IMG/VR virus record: IMGVR_UViG_3300032287_000955
Coordinates: 7,676 to 71,675 of that record
Direction: 5' to 3' (one strand)
From: a virus
DNA length: 64,000 bases
The translations under genes and the position numbers were made by a program. Under the pieces are notes generated by a model. That model was not told the DNA's origin, did not search any database, and saw only the letters and a list, made by a program, of their open reading frames with translations. Below, piece after piece: positions 49,107 to 58,606 of the stretch. The number at the start of each line of letters is the position of its first letter. Within the stretch, counting starts at the first letter, position 1.

Positions 49107-50201
49107 TTAAACTTTTAGTCCCGCAAGCCTGCGGATGTCAAATATCTCAGCGGTTTTTTCCTCACCACTGATTGTTTGTGCCTGATTCTTATCGCCTGTA
49201 ATTTCTTTGCCTTCGGTTAATGCTTTTTTAATTGGTGTACCACCGTTCATTACTGCTGGTAGGTACTTGTCATACGCTGAGCGTAATTTTTCAGTTTGTA
49301 CTGATTCTAATAGTTCGCCCATTACTGAACGCTTGTCACCACTCAAAGGTCCTAACAATTCGCCCATTACTTCTTTGCGAGTTGCTTGGTTTTTAGCGAT
49401 ACGTAGTTCTGTTTCTTTGCTTTCTATTAGTTTTTGTGATTCTGCAACAATTTTAGCTGCTTCTTCTAATTCTGCTTCTTTAACTTTAACTACTTTTAAT
49501 AGTTTAGCAGTTTCAGATTTTTCATTTAGATGACTTGCAGCGTATTCGCTTGAGAAGCTTTCAAAAATTCTGCGTCCAAAGTCGTTCTTACGAGCTGCTT
49601 CAATGTCTTCACGTAGTTGAGTCATTTCAGATTTAAGTCCTTTTGCGACTGTTTCTTCAATGATTTGTGCTGAACGTGCAATGAAATCTTTCTTGATAGT
49701 CTCAAACTTAGCTTTGCTGTCACGGATTAAACGTACTTTAGTTTCTGCTAGGTCTTTCTTATCTGCGTGGAATTCTGCGATTTCTTTCGCTAGTGCGTCC
49801 ACAATAAATGATTCATATTTTGCGACATTTGATGCAACTGCTTTGCGATCTTCGTGTAATTCTGCCAGTTCTTTTTTCAAATTGTTTAGCACAAATGACT
49901 CTAATGCTTTAGCATCATCTGTCATTTTTGCTGCATATTTGGCGCGAGCTTCGATGAGTCCTTGGCGGTCTTCTGCGAGTTCACCAAGTTCCGCTTGTAA
50001 GCGATCCATTAGCATTCCCTCAACAGCTTCTACCATTGCACCCTTATCATGCTCGTATTTCTGTGCGAATTCTTCACGTAGTTCAGCAGTGACTTGATCA
50101 CGGTTTTCTTGAATCCTGCTTGTCCAAGCGGTTTCAATCTCCGATTTTATTTCTTCGGAAATCACATTGTTTTCAAACAATTGTTTAACGATGTCTAGCA
50201 T
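49107..50201 (-). CDS. gp22: Prohead scaffold/core protein
   Basis: 364-aa E/K/A-rich coiled coil between the protease and capsid genes. Confidence 0.8.
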   Translation of the reverse strand: MLDIVKQLFENNVISEEIKSEIETAWTSRIQENRDQVTAELREEFAQKYEHDKGAMVEAVEGMLMDRLQAELGELAEDRQGLIEARAKYAAKMTDDAKALESFVLNNLKKELAELHEDRKAVASNVAKYESFIVDALAKEIAEFHADKKDLAETKVRLIRDSKAKFETIKKDFIARSAQIIEETVAKGLKSEMTQLREDIEAARKNDFGRRIFESFSSEYAASHLNEKSETAKLLKVVKVKEAELEEAAKIVAESQKLIESKETELRIAKNQATRKEVMGELLGPLSGDKRSVMGELLESVQTEKLRSAYDKYLPAVMNGGTPIKKALTEGKEITGDKNQAQTISGEEKTAEIFDIRRLAGLKV

Positions 50202-50214
50202 GTGATTCTCCTAG

Positions 50215-50847
50215 TTAGTTGAGTTTAGAGATGATTCTCTTTAAACTCTCTGCTATGTACTTCTGTGCCTTTGGGTCGCCTTGGACTTGTTGTGCTACTT
50301 GAAATGCCTTATAACCGCCTGTGTTATTCATTAAATGTTCATATACTGGTGTAGGATATGCACCAGGTGCGCTGGGCTGTGCTACTACGTCAACAGTGAT
50401 AATTTCGAAATCTCGAACATTACCTTGCCCGTCTACTTCACCTGAGCCTCTACTTGAAACTCCTAACTTAACTCCCGACTCCAACATAGTCTGTATTAAT
50501 TGACCCATTGGAGTTGGAAGTACTTTAAGTTTTCCGTAGCCGTTAGGACCATCCATCCACATCTTGGTTATCATGTGCGAAACACGATCAAGATTGATTT
50601 TTAAATCTGCCGGGTGATCTACTTCACCTAGTACGGAGTAACCTCCAGCGATCTGCTCGTTGAGCGTTTTGACAGCCTTGCCAATTTCTTGAGAAGAATA
50701 AACACGTTGATTTGCATTTCGGATATCTCCTTGAATGCAAATCCCGTTGAGATGCAACGACTTTTTGCCGTTGCTTCCTTCTTCGCTCTCCAAGACAATC
50801 TTAGCCTGGTCGAAACTCAAATGTTCACTAAGGGTAAGTTTATTCAC
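50215..50847 (-). CDS. gp21: Prohead protease
   Basis: N.NQRVY, LGEVDHP, INLDRVSH, TPMGQL, LGVSSRGSG, D.VAQPSAPGAY. Confidence 0.95.
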   Translation of the reverse strand: MNKLTLSEHLSFDQAKIVLESEEGSNGKKSLHLNGICIQGDIRNANQRVYSSQEIGKAVKTLNEQIAGGYSVLGEVDHPADLKINLDRVSHMITKMWMDGPNGYGKLKVLPTPMGQLIQTMLESGVKLGVSSRGSGEVDGQGNVRDFEIITVDVVAQPSAPGAYPTPVYEHLMNNTGGYKAFQVAQQVQGDPKAQKYIAESLKRIISKLN

Positions 50848-50861
50848 CTTTTTGGATCCTA

Positions 50862-51710
50862 TTATCTACGACCACGGAAAAGGCTTTGCTTGTTGTCAGC
50901 GGATTCTTTTGAACCAGCTTTCTCAGCACCATGTCCAGGTTCTTTCTTAGAGAAAGCACCACCAGCTTTACCGCCTGGGACATTGATGTTACCAGCATTA
51001 TCTTCTTTTGCAGTTCCTTTTAGCAAGCCATTGCCTTTTAATTGACCTTGACCAGCGTATGTAGCTGCTTCTTCTTTAGAAGAAAGGATGTTAGCAGTTG
51101 TACCGCCCATGTCATTCTTCATATTGTCAATTGTAGACTTTGTGTTGTCAGACTTTTCAGCAGCGCCTTTCTTTTCTGCGCCATGACCAGCTGGAACTTT
51201 TTCTACGTACTCACGTACGGTAGCTAAATCAAATTCTTCTTCTTTAGCAAATGGGTTACCACCTTCTTCACCGCCCATTTCGTCTTCACCTTCTTCGTGA
51301 CCTTTTAGTTCGTCGAACTTAGCTTGTAGTTCGTCTACAATAGCGTCTAGGTCTTGGAATAGTTCTTCTTCAGATTTTTCTTCTGCGTCACCTTCTTCTG
51401 GGCCAATTTCACCAGCTAGGTCGTCTGTTGGATCTTCGCTGTCTAGGTCCATTTCATCATCGCCTTCGTAAGCGATATCTTCAAATTCTTCGTCAACTTT
51501 GTCGTCTTCGTCTTTGTCTTCTTCAGAAGCTTCTTCAACTTCGTCGTCTTTGTCTTCTTCGTCTTCTTCAGAAATTTCAGATTCAATTAAATTTTCATAA
51601 ATTTCACGTGAAGCTGAAACTACATATTCGTGGAAAAGCTCTTCTGCTTTTGCTTGATCGTCGTTCACTAAATGCTCTAGCATCTGTGACAATAAGGTTT
51701 TGTCTGCCAT
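50862..51710 (-). CDS. Acidic prohead core protein (gp67/gp68 position)
   Basis: Very D/E-rich middle; located just upstream of the protease gene. Confidence 0.6.
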   Translation of the reverse strand: MADKTLLSQMLEHLVNDDQAKAEELFHEYVVSASREIYENLIESEISEEDEEDKDDEVEEASEEDKDEDDKVDEEFEDIAYEGDDEMDLDSEDPTDDLAGEIGPEEGDAEEKSEEELFQDLDAIVDELQAKFDELKGHEEGEDEMGGEEGGNPFAKEEEFDLATVREYVEKVPAGHGAEKKGAAEKSDNTKSTIDNMKNDMGGTTANILSSKEEAATYAGQGQLKGNGLLKGTAKEDNAGNINVPGGKAGGAFSKKEPGHGAEKAGSKESADNKQSLFRGRR

Positions 51711-51773
51711 GTTGTATTCTCCTTTGAATTGTTAAGGCTGTGTTTTATTTACTACGTAGATTAAAAAATGGCT

Positions 51774-52421
51774 TTAAATGACACTTTTTTGATTGGTTTG
51801 TTCTGCATATATAGTTTCAGGAAATTTTTTCTGAAACTCTTCAACAGTCAAATGACTGACATTAGGCATTGCTCCTAATTTGTCAGGAATTATATTTCCC
51901 TTTTCTATTACTCTATGGAATCTAGTAGACCTAAATTCCTGCACAACACGCTCAGTTTGATTGAGCCAATTGCCATAAAATGTAGCTACATCACTGCTTT
52001 TTTTATAGTTAAATGTGTCTGCATATACATTATTGAGCTTTCCGCCAAGCCCTTGATAATCAAATCCCAGTATATATATGTCCTTGTGTCCTCGGCTACA
52101 GGCCAGCCATAATGCTGTAGGACCCGAACTCCAACCCTTGTGTGGATTGAATATGTTAAGACGATCTTTTGAAATAATCCCCTTGTTAGGGTTAGTCCAA
52201 ACTTCGTGATCTCTGTTATATCCAGATGAAATTATCTCGTTGACCATCTTAACGTCAACTGCTACCAAAGCATCCGGAGTGAATTCTCTGTAGAGTGCAT
52301 TACAACCATAAACTGTTCCTAAAGAGGAAAGAGGTTGAAGTGAAACAGTCATTCTGCTGCGACCATTTCCTAGGACAAATGCTGTATTATTGGGCGGGTT
52401 CTGCTTCAACTGGGGTTGCAT
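51774..52421 (-). CDS. Glycosyltransferase-like protein (Maf/DUF115 or sialyltransferase-like fold)
   Basis: AFVLGNGRSR, YGCNA.YR...PD.LV.VD, SSG.TALWLA, IYILGFD. Confidence 0.6.
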   Translation of the reverse strand: MQPQLKQNPPNNTAFVLGNGRSRMTVSLQPLSSLGTVYGCNALYREFTPDALVAVDVKMVNEIISSGYNRDHEVWTNPNKGIISKDRLNIFNPHKGWSSGPTALWLACSRGHKDIYILGFDYQGLGGKLNNVYADTFNYKKSSDVATFYGNWLNQTERVVQEFRSTRFHRVIEKGNIIPDKLGAMPNVSHLTVEEFQKKFPETIYAEQTNQKSVI

Positions 52422-52632
52422 ACATCTGTTGAATAAATCCCAGTTCTGATTTTTCTTCTGCTTCGTGTGCTTCGCTCTGCAATCTCAATTGATTAATTTG
52501 GCGTAGTGTTAAACGAATTTTGCGCTTGTCATCTTTTTCAACCACAGAACTGTCCTTGCCACTGTCGTATCTACGATCATTAGCCATTGCATTAGAACTG
52601 TCGTTAAAGTAAAAGAATTCGTTAAGAAGCAT
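52387..52632 (-). CDS. Small hypothetical protein (start set to MLLNEFF)
   Basis: ATG at 52632 lies 4 nt after TATAAATA; RKIRLTLRQINQLR core; the longer track start overlaps the portal gene. Confidence 0.6.
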   Translation of the reverse strand: MLLNEFFYFNDSSNAMANDRRYDSGKDSSVVEKDDKRKIRLTLRQINQLRLQSEAHEAEEKSELGFIQQMYATPVEAEPAQ

Positions 52633-52654
52633 AGTGTATTTATACTGGGCTAGA

Positions 52655-54358
52655 TTATTGGGCTGGTGCTTCTTCTGCTCCGCCTGCTTCGGCTCCGCCT
52701 GCTTCGGCAGCAGCAGCCATATCTTCAGGAGCTTCTGCTGCTTGAGCTCCAAGATCAGCGGAAATTCCACCTGGCGTTACGCCTGCTGAACGTAGTTGAG
52801 CACTTGCATCTGCCGGCGGTTGTAATTGCGCACCGTTTTCTTCTCTCCACAATTTTTCGTTTTCTTTGATCTCGTCTTCTGATAATCCTAAGAAACGTTT
52901 TAGGGCAAAACGCTTGCTGAGATGTGGAATTTGAGAAATAGTTCCATATGTTGCTGCCCTAGCTGTGTCAAGTTCTGATTGACGATAAGCAGCAAAGTTC
53001 TGCGGTTGATTAAATTTAAGTTCAAATAAACTCGAATCAATATTAATACCTTGATCGTTAAGCCATAGTTTAAATTCTAAATCAAATGTTTCTACAATCA
53101 TAGATTGCAAGCGTTTGCAATATTCATTAAATCGTAATTCTTGGATATATGCTGTACCTACTTTACCGTCAGCAACTGTGTTAGGTTGTTCATCAATGGC
53201 AGTAGGAAGGTAACTACTAGGTATGCGCAAAGCCCTAAAGAGCTTGTTAGTAAAATAACGTAAGTCAGTAATTTCGCCAAGGTTAGTACCTCCAGGTAAT
53301 GTTTCTACTTTGCTTCCACGCCCTTCTGCAGTCTGCGGAAAGAAGTAATCTTCGTTTACACTTAGAGGATTATAACTAGCGTCTATGACGTTGGCTCCGC
53401 CACCTGTTGAGCTAGGAATACGTCTTTGTTGGATTTCGTTTTTTACACGCTCAACAAAGCTCATAGCCATGTGTGCCGGCATATTTCCAACGTCCACATA
53501 GAAAATACGTCTTTCTGGAGCACGTTGTATACGATAGATAATGATGGCATCTTCAAGCAGTTCTTTCTGCTTGTAGACTTTGAATACTGATTCTAATAAG
53601 CTGTTACCAAAAGGATAGTTATTGTCTAGGCCTTCGCTTAGGCTGATGTGAACTACGTGTTTAGCATCAACCGTAAGTTCGTTTGTTTGATTTTGAAAAC
53701 GTGTACCGGGTGGACGAGCAGCATCTCCTACAAATCCGCGACCAAAGCCGCCGCCTGTTGTATAGCTTGAAGTACCGCTAGGTGCTGTATTTGTTGTGCC
53801 ATGAGGAGTTGTAGCAATCAAATCTTTAAAGTTAAAATTAATATCTTTAACTACATACTGTTCTGGAATTTTGCCTTCGCTTTCGTTAACAATGATTTTT
53901 GTAACTTTAGCTTGATCTACATACAGCCATTTTTTAGTTTCGGGATCACGGATAAAGAAACAGTCACCGTATTTGAAAGCATTCCTGACAATACGGAAGA
54001 TACGTGTTTCAAATTGCTGTTGCTTAGTCCATTTCTGTAATGCATCTTTTAGAAGTTTAACTTCTGTAGAAGTAGGCGATCCTCTAAATGAAGTTAGAAA
54101 AGGTGTTCCGTTTTCTTTGTCTTTTTGTGTACAGAATTCTGTTAGGATGTCTAAGGCAGCATTAACTTCTGAATCCATATCCATGGTATCATACTGCATA
54201 TATCGTTCTATACGATTTGGTGCTCCTGCATAGACATCAGGTAGATAGCTTGAATAGTTTGCACGGGCAGGGCCTGGACGACCACGTCCACTGATAGGAC
54301 TGAATGATCCGGATTGGTTGCTGATATCAACTGGTGTGAAATATTTTTTCCAACTCAT
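52655..54358 (-). CDS. gp20: Portal vertex protein
   Basis: LLEDAIIIYRIQRAPERRIFYVDVGNMP, EDYFFP..EGRGS.VETLPGG.NLGEI.D..YF..KLFRALRIP.S. Confidence 0.97.
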   Translation of the reverse strand: MSWKKYFTPVDISNQSGSFSPISGRGRPGPARANYSSYLPDVYAGAPNRIERYMQYDTMDMDSEVNAALDILTEFCTQKDKENGTPFLTSFRGSPTSTEVKLLKDALQKWTKQQQFETRIFRIVRNAFKYGDCFFIRDPETKKWLYVDQAKVTKIIVNESEGKIPEQYVVKDINFNFKDLIATTPHGTTNTAPSGTSSYTTGGGFGRGFVGDAARPPGTRFQNQTNELTVDAKHVVHISLSEGLDNNYPFGNSLLESVFKVYKQKELLEDAIIIYRIQRAPERRIFYVDVGNMPAHMAMSFVERVKNEIQQRRIPSSTGGGANVIDASYNPLSVNEDYFFPQTAEGRGSKVETLPGGTNLGEITDLRYFTNKLFRALRIPSSYLPTAIDEQPNTVADGKVGTAYIQELRFNEYCKRLQSMIVETFDLEFKLWLNDQGINIDSSLFELKFNQPQNFAAYRQSELDTARAATYGTISQIPHLSKRFALKRFLGLSEDEIKENEKLWREENGAQLQPPADASAQLRSAGVTPGGISADLGAQAAEAPEDMAAAAEAGGAEAGGAEEAPAQ

Positions 54359-54383
54359 AGTTTTGTATTATCCAATAACAGCA

Positions 54384-57068
54384 TTAAACACCGGCATATA
54401 AATCGCCGCTTAATTGTCCAAGTTTGCTTACTTGAACAGCACCTATATCGTGGTGATCTTTACTGATTTTAATTAATTGATCCATCTTAGTATTTAAGCT
54501 AGCCAACAAAGTTGCGGGTGAATCTTGAGTAGCCGGGGCTGGGGTACTTCCGGAACCTGAGCTGCCACTACCGCCGCCTGCTGCGGCTCTTTCGGCTGCG
54601 GCTCGCTCTTCTTGTTTTTTGGTTTCTGCTTCGGATACTATCGATCTTCTTGTTGTGTCTGCACCAGCCGTTGCTGTGCTTGGAGGATTTTGAATTAAGG
54701 CACTATTTTGTTGGGCTGCAAATCCAGTTAGTAATGCAGCAGGATCGTCGTAGTTTAATGCAACTTGTTTGTTTCTAGCATCTTCTTCTTTTTTGTTAGC
54801 TGACTCTAAGCCCGCACCGTGTTTCTGTGATTGTTGAATTTTCTTTAAATCAAGATTGGCTTTAACTTCGTCTCTCTTCTTTTCTTTAGCAATATCTTCT
54901 TCTTCCGCTTTGGCTCGATTCTCAGCCATCCTTTCAGACATTTTTGTAACCAGTTCTTCTCGTCTTTGAGCATTTTCCTCAATTTCTGTTTCAGTTTCTT
55001 TTATCTTATCTGTCATATCTACACCTGGTAGATAATCTAAAACCTTTAAAAATCCTAGTTTTAAATGACTTAAGAATGATTTAAATCCTTCCCACATAAA
55101 CCTTAAACCATCTTTGACTACTTCTACATCTCCGCCAAACTTTTTAAATATTAACCATAATGCTGTTACACCTGCAACGAGTGCAATTACCGGCCACGTT
55201 GCTGCTAACACCGCGCCAGCCATGGCGATCAATCCACCAATGAGAGGTAATTGTGCTGCGGCCTGTGCAATATTCATAGCAGTCTGAGCCCAACCAATAA
55301 CTGTACTAGCAACAACCCATGCACCCCATGCACCAAATACAACTCCTAATCCAATAAGGATAGGCGTTAAATTATCTGCAATAAATCCTGCCACGGCTTT
55401 AATAGGTGGTAGTAAAAACTCAGCAATGGATTCAAATACTGGATATAAATTTTGTATAGCTGTTTGAATTCCAGGAAGAAGGTCAACAATAAAAAATGCT
55501 GCTAAGTCTTGGAAAGCTGGATATAGTGTAGTTACTAAAAAGTTTCCGATGCCTTCCATTGCAGGGCCAAACGCTGTCGACAGTGATGTCCATAATGCAC
55601 TAATTACTCCAGTTACTAAAGTAAATGCAGGTACCAAATACTGCATTGTGAAATTAGCAGCCGCTTCAAATGCCGACATCAGCGTGTTTAACAATCCACT
55701 ATTGGCCAACACCATTTGGAAACTGTTACTAACCGCAGCAATATTTTGTTTTGCTTTTTCCATTGCCGCGGCTTGTGTTTTGGCTGCTTTCTCTTGTTCT
55801 GTTAATACTTTTTCTTTGCCATCGATATCACGTTTAGCTAATTCAGCCATACCAATATAAGCATTACCCATCTGCCCTGCATTAAACTGTGCTTGCGAAA
55901 CCATTTCACTAGACTTAGCCGCTACTTTTGCTTCCCTAACACCATTTTTATAAATTTGATCATAACTGTCTTGCGAAACTTTAACTCCGCTGCGCACCGC
56001 TGCACCTTGAGCAAGAATACTCTGTGCTAATCCCGGCATCGAATTGTTTAACATTATGCCAGCTTCACTAGTAATGTTACCAGTAGCAATCATTTCTTTA
56101 ACAGCTTCTTGTTGTTCTTTAGGAAAGCTGCTAACGAAATTGTTCATCATCTTTGCTTGATCGGCGTCAAGGTTAGCAATGGCCGCACGGAACTGAGAAT
56201 CTTTTAATCTTGCAGCCTGTTCGTCTTCAAGAGCTTTTCTACTTTGCCCAGTAATTTTTGCCAGTCCATCTAATTCTTTTAGGTATTGGCCAGCACCTTG
56301 TGCTAATTCTTTTGTAGATTTATTTTGTAAAGCTCCGCTGGCTCCATAGGTTTTGATATAATTTGCCATGCCTTCGTTAACCTGTTCAGTGGTGTAACCA
56401 AGACCGTATAATTGTTCTCCTATCTTGCTACCTCGAATGTCTTTAGACATAGCAGAGAATCTTTTTGCACCTTCCTCAGTTGTTCCGCCTAGGGTCATTA
56501 AGGCTTCGCCGTTTCTAGCAATCAGCCCACCAAACTTGTCCATTGTCATACCTGCTGCAGATGCTGAAGCAGCAAAATTATTCATACTGCCGCCAAAGGT
56601 AGCTCCCGATGCTGTAGCTGATTGATATGATCCGAGTGTTTTATCAGCAGCGGCAGCAACTGCTGCAAACATGCCGCCTATTACTGGAATACTGGAAAAT
56701 ACAGATGCTGCGCCGCTGAAAGAATCTCCTGCATTAGCAAATGCATTAATTAAACTTGTTGTTTGCGCTCCAAGGGCAAAGAAAGCCCCTGTGGCCATTT
56801 GCACAGGACGGATGATAGCTCCGACTGTTTTACCAAGCAACGCTGCTGAAGATGCACCACCACCATCTTTGCCACCGCCACCACCGCCACCACCGCCACC
56901 GGCATTTTCTTTATTTTTAGCATCACCTGGCTTGCCGCCCTTTTTATATCCACCACCCTCGCCACCTTGAATAGCCTTTAGGATTTCTTTCAGCGTGGAT
57001 TCAGTTGCTGCATTGTTAGCAACTACACTTCCGATACCCGGAATATCGATTGTTACTGGATTGGCCAT
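54384..57068 (-). CDS. Tape-measure-like protein
   Basis: 894 aa, Ala/Gly-rich and helical, with hydrophobic membrane-like segments; adjacent to gp26/gp51. Confidence 0.65.
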   Translation of the reverse strand: MANPVTIDIPGIGSVVANNAATESTLKEILKAIQGGEGGGYKKGGKPGDAKNKENAGGGGGGGGGGKDGGGASSAALLGKTVGAIIRPVQMATGAFFALGAQTTSLINAFANAGDSFSGAASVFSSIPVIGGMFAAVAAAADKTLGSYQSATASGATFGGSMNNFAASASAAGMTMDKFGGLIARNGEALMTLGGTTEEGAKRFSAMSKDIRGSKIGEQLYGLGYTTEQVNEGMANYIKTYGASGALQNKSTKELAQGAGQYLKELDGLAKITGQSRKALEDEQAARLKDSQFRAAIANLDADQAKMMNNFVSSFPKEQQEAVKEMIATGNITSEAGIMLNNSMPGLAQSILAQGAAVRSGVKVSQDSYDQIYKNGVREAKVAAKSSEMVSQAQFNAGQMGNAYIGMAELAKRDIDGKEKVLTEQEKAAKTQAAAMEKAKQNIAAVSNSFQMVLANSGLLNTLMSAFEAAANFTMQYLVPAFTLVTGVISALWTSLSTAFGPAMEGIGNFLVTTLYPAFQDLAAFFIVDLLPGIQTAIQNLYPVFESIAEFLLPPIKAVAGFIADNLTPILIGLGVVFGAWGAWVVASTVIGWAQTAMNIAQAAAQLPLIGGLIAMAGAVLAATWPVIALVAGVTALWLIFKKFGGDVEVVKDGLRFMWEGFKSFLSHLKLGFLKVLDYLPGVDMTDKIKETETEIEENAQRREELVTKMSERMAENRAKAEEEDIAKEKKRDEVKANLDLKKIQQSQKHGAGLESANKKEEDARNKQVALNYDDPAALLTGFAAQQNSALIQNPPSTATAGADTTRRSIVSEAETKKQEERAAAERAAAGGGSGSSGSGSTPAPATQDSPATLLASLNTKMDQLIKISKDHHDIGAVQVSKLGQLSGDLYAGV

Positions 57069-57096
57069 AGATTAATTTTACCTGGTAAAATGCGCA

Positions 57097-57124
57097 TATA
57101 AATACTTTTCACTAATAGTATTTA
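57097..57124. promoter_or_regulatory. Face-to-face late-promoter-like boxes for gp26 and the tape measure gene
   Basis: TATAAATA on plus at 57097-57104; TAAATA on minus at 57119-57124. Confidence 0.6.
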
Positions 57125-57135
57125 TTGGAGAAAAA

Positions 57136-58002
57136 ATGAGTGATATTACAAATCAGCCAACAAACCAAAATAAAAATCCTTTGGCAAATTGGTTTAGACA
57201 GCCTAAAATTTATGTGAAATTGCCTTCTAAAGGAAAGTTTTACCCTGAGGGTTCTCTGGATGTCAGCACTAATGAGGAGTATCCAGTGTATGCTATGACT
57301 GCCAAAGACGAACTGATGTTTAAAACTCCTGATGCATTGCTGTCAGGACAGTCAACTGTGGAAGTTATCAAGAGCTGTATTCCAGCTATTAAAGATCCAT
57401 GGAAGATGCCTAGCATTGATTTAGATTTTGCCCTAATCGCTATCCGTATTGCAACCTATGGTGATAAGATGGAAGTCACAGCACCTTGCCCAAACTGTAG
57501 TCATAAGAACACTTATGAATTAGATTTAAACGGTTGGTTCGCACGATTTGCAAACTTTGAATATTCTGATACCATTGAAGTACCTCCATTGGCAGTTCAT
57601 ATTCGTCCATATACCTATCAAGAAGTTACAAAGACAGCGATTAAATCTCTTGAGCAACAAAAGATTTTTCAAATTATCAACGACGACTCTATGAGCGACG
57701 AGGACAAAGTTGAAAAGTTTGGACAGAGTTTTGTTAAAATTACTCAGCTAACTGTGGATATTGTCAGCGATTGCATTTCTAAAATCATTACACCCGACGG
57801 TGAAGTTACAGATAAGGCAATGATTACAGAGTTTATCAATAATTGTAGCAGCGAAGTGTTTACTACATTATCAAAACACATCACAACTCTCAAAGAACAA
57901 ATTGAACTTAAAGCTCAACATGTAGCTTGCGAAGAATGCAAAGAAGAATTTGATCTTCCAATCACAATGGATCAGACAAATTTTTTCGTGCAAAGATCTT
58001 AA
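57136..58002 (+). CDS. gp26: Baseplate hub assembly protein gp26-like
   Basis: Y..LPS.G, MTAKDE, D.DF.LIAIRIATYG, CPNC and CEEC pairs, C-terminal NFF. Confidence 0.8.
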   Translation: MSDITNQPTNQNKNPLANWFRQPKIYVKLPSKGKFYPEGSLDVSTNEEYPVYAMTAKDELMFKTPDALLSGQSTVEVIKSCIPAIKDPWKMPSIDLDFALIAIRIATYGDKMEVTAPCPNCSHKNTYELDLNGWFARFANFEYSDTIEVPPLAVHIRPYTYQEVTKTAIKSLEQQKIFQIINDDSMSDEDKVEKFGQSFVKITQLTVDIVSDCISKIITPDGEVTDKAMITEFINNCSSEVFTTLSKHITTLKEQIELKAQHVACEECKEEFDLPITMDQTNFFVQRS

Positions 58003-58022
58003 ACCTGCCCTGGTCTGAGGTC

Positions 58023-58214
58023 TTGGCAATTTCCGAATCGTTGGACAAGGAAGCTAGGGCTATTAAAAAAGAATGTCTTAAAATATCTTGGTATATGCGA
58101 GGACTTTCTTTTAGTGAAGCCGTGAATTTAAGCTGGGAAGAAAGAGAAATTGTTGGTGAGATCATCAAAGAAAATCTCGAAACAACTAAGAAAAGCGGAT
58201 TGCCTTTCTTTTAA
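58023..58214 (+). CDS. gp51: gp51-like chaperone segment, probably a -1 frameshift extension of gp26
   Basis: LSFSEAVNLSWEEREI resembles the gp51 L.E.E.M...ER.I motif; frame is open from 57954 with no upstream ATG. Confidence 0.6.
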   Translation: MAISESLDKEARAIKKECLKISWYMRGLSFSEAVNLSWEEREIVGEIIKENLETTKKSGLPFF

Positions 58215-58606
58215 TATTTTTTACTGAGATTTAATAAAATCTGTTTTTGATTTTTGTCTAGCGGCTGCTGTTTTGATGCCGCTGTTAATGCGTCTGCTTC
58301 TGCAGAACCCTGTTGATATTTTGATGATAGTTGTTGTAATCTAACTAGATCGTCTCTATACAATTCACTACCCGATGCTGCGTTAACCAATGATGCTTTA
58401 AAAAGATGTGGCGATGTCTTTTTTACCGGTGCTTGTTGTGATTGCTCTGGTTTGTCTTTTTCAATATTTTTATCTTTAAACCATTGTCCCGGCGAAAACA
58501 ATTTGTTTACAGCATTAGCACCTTTTGATACATTGTTAACACTCAACTGTGTTACATCGCCTACGTCTTTAGGCAAATCTTCTGAAATAACTTCTTTAAT
58601 TTTCAT
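58211..58606 (-). CDS. Hypothetical protein, possible internal head protein
   Basis: N-terminus MKIKEVISE; TAATG-coupled to the upstream gene. Confidence 0.55.
   Translation of the reverse strand: MKIKEVISEDLPKDVGDVTQLSVNNVSKGANAVNKLFSPGQWFKDKNIEKDKPEQSQQAPVKKTSPHLFKASLVNAASGSELYRDDLVRLQQLSSKYQQGSAEADALTAASKQQPLDKNQKQILLNLSKKY

Noticed and set aside
56856-56902. CCACCG/CCACCA short tandem repeat
   Set aside because: Encodes a poly-Gly linker in the tape-measure-like protein; in-frame, with no spacers, so not CRISPR
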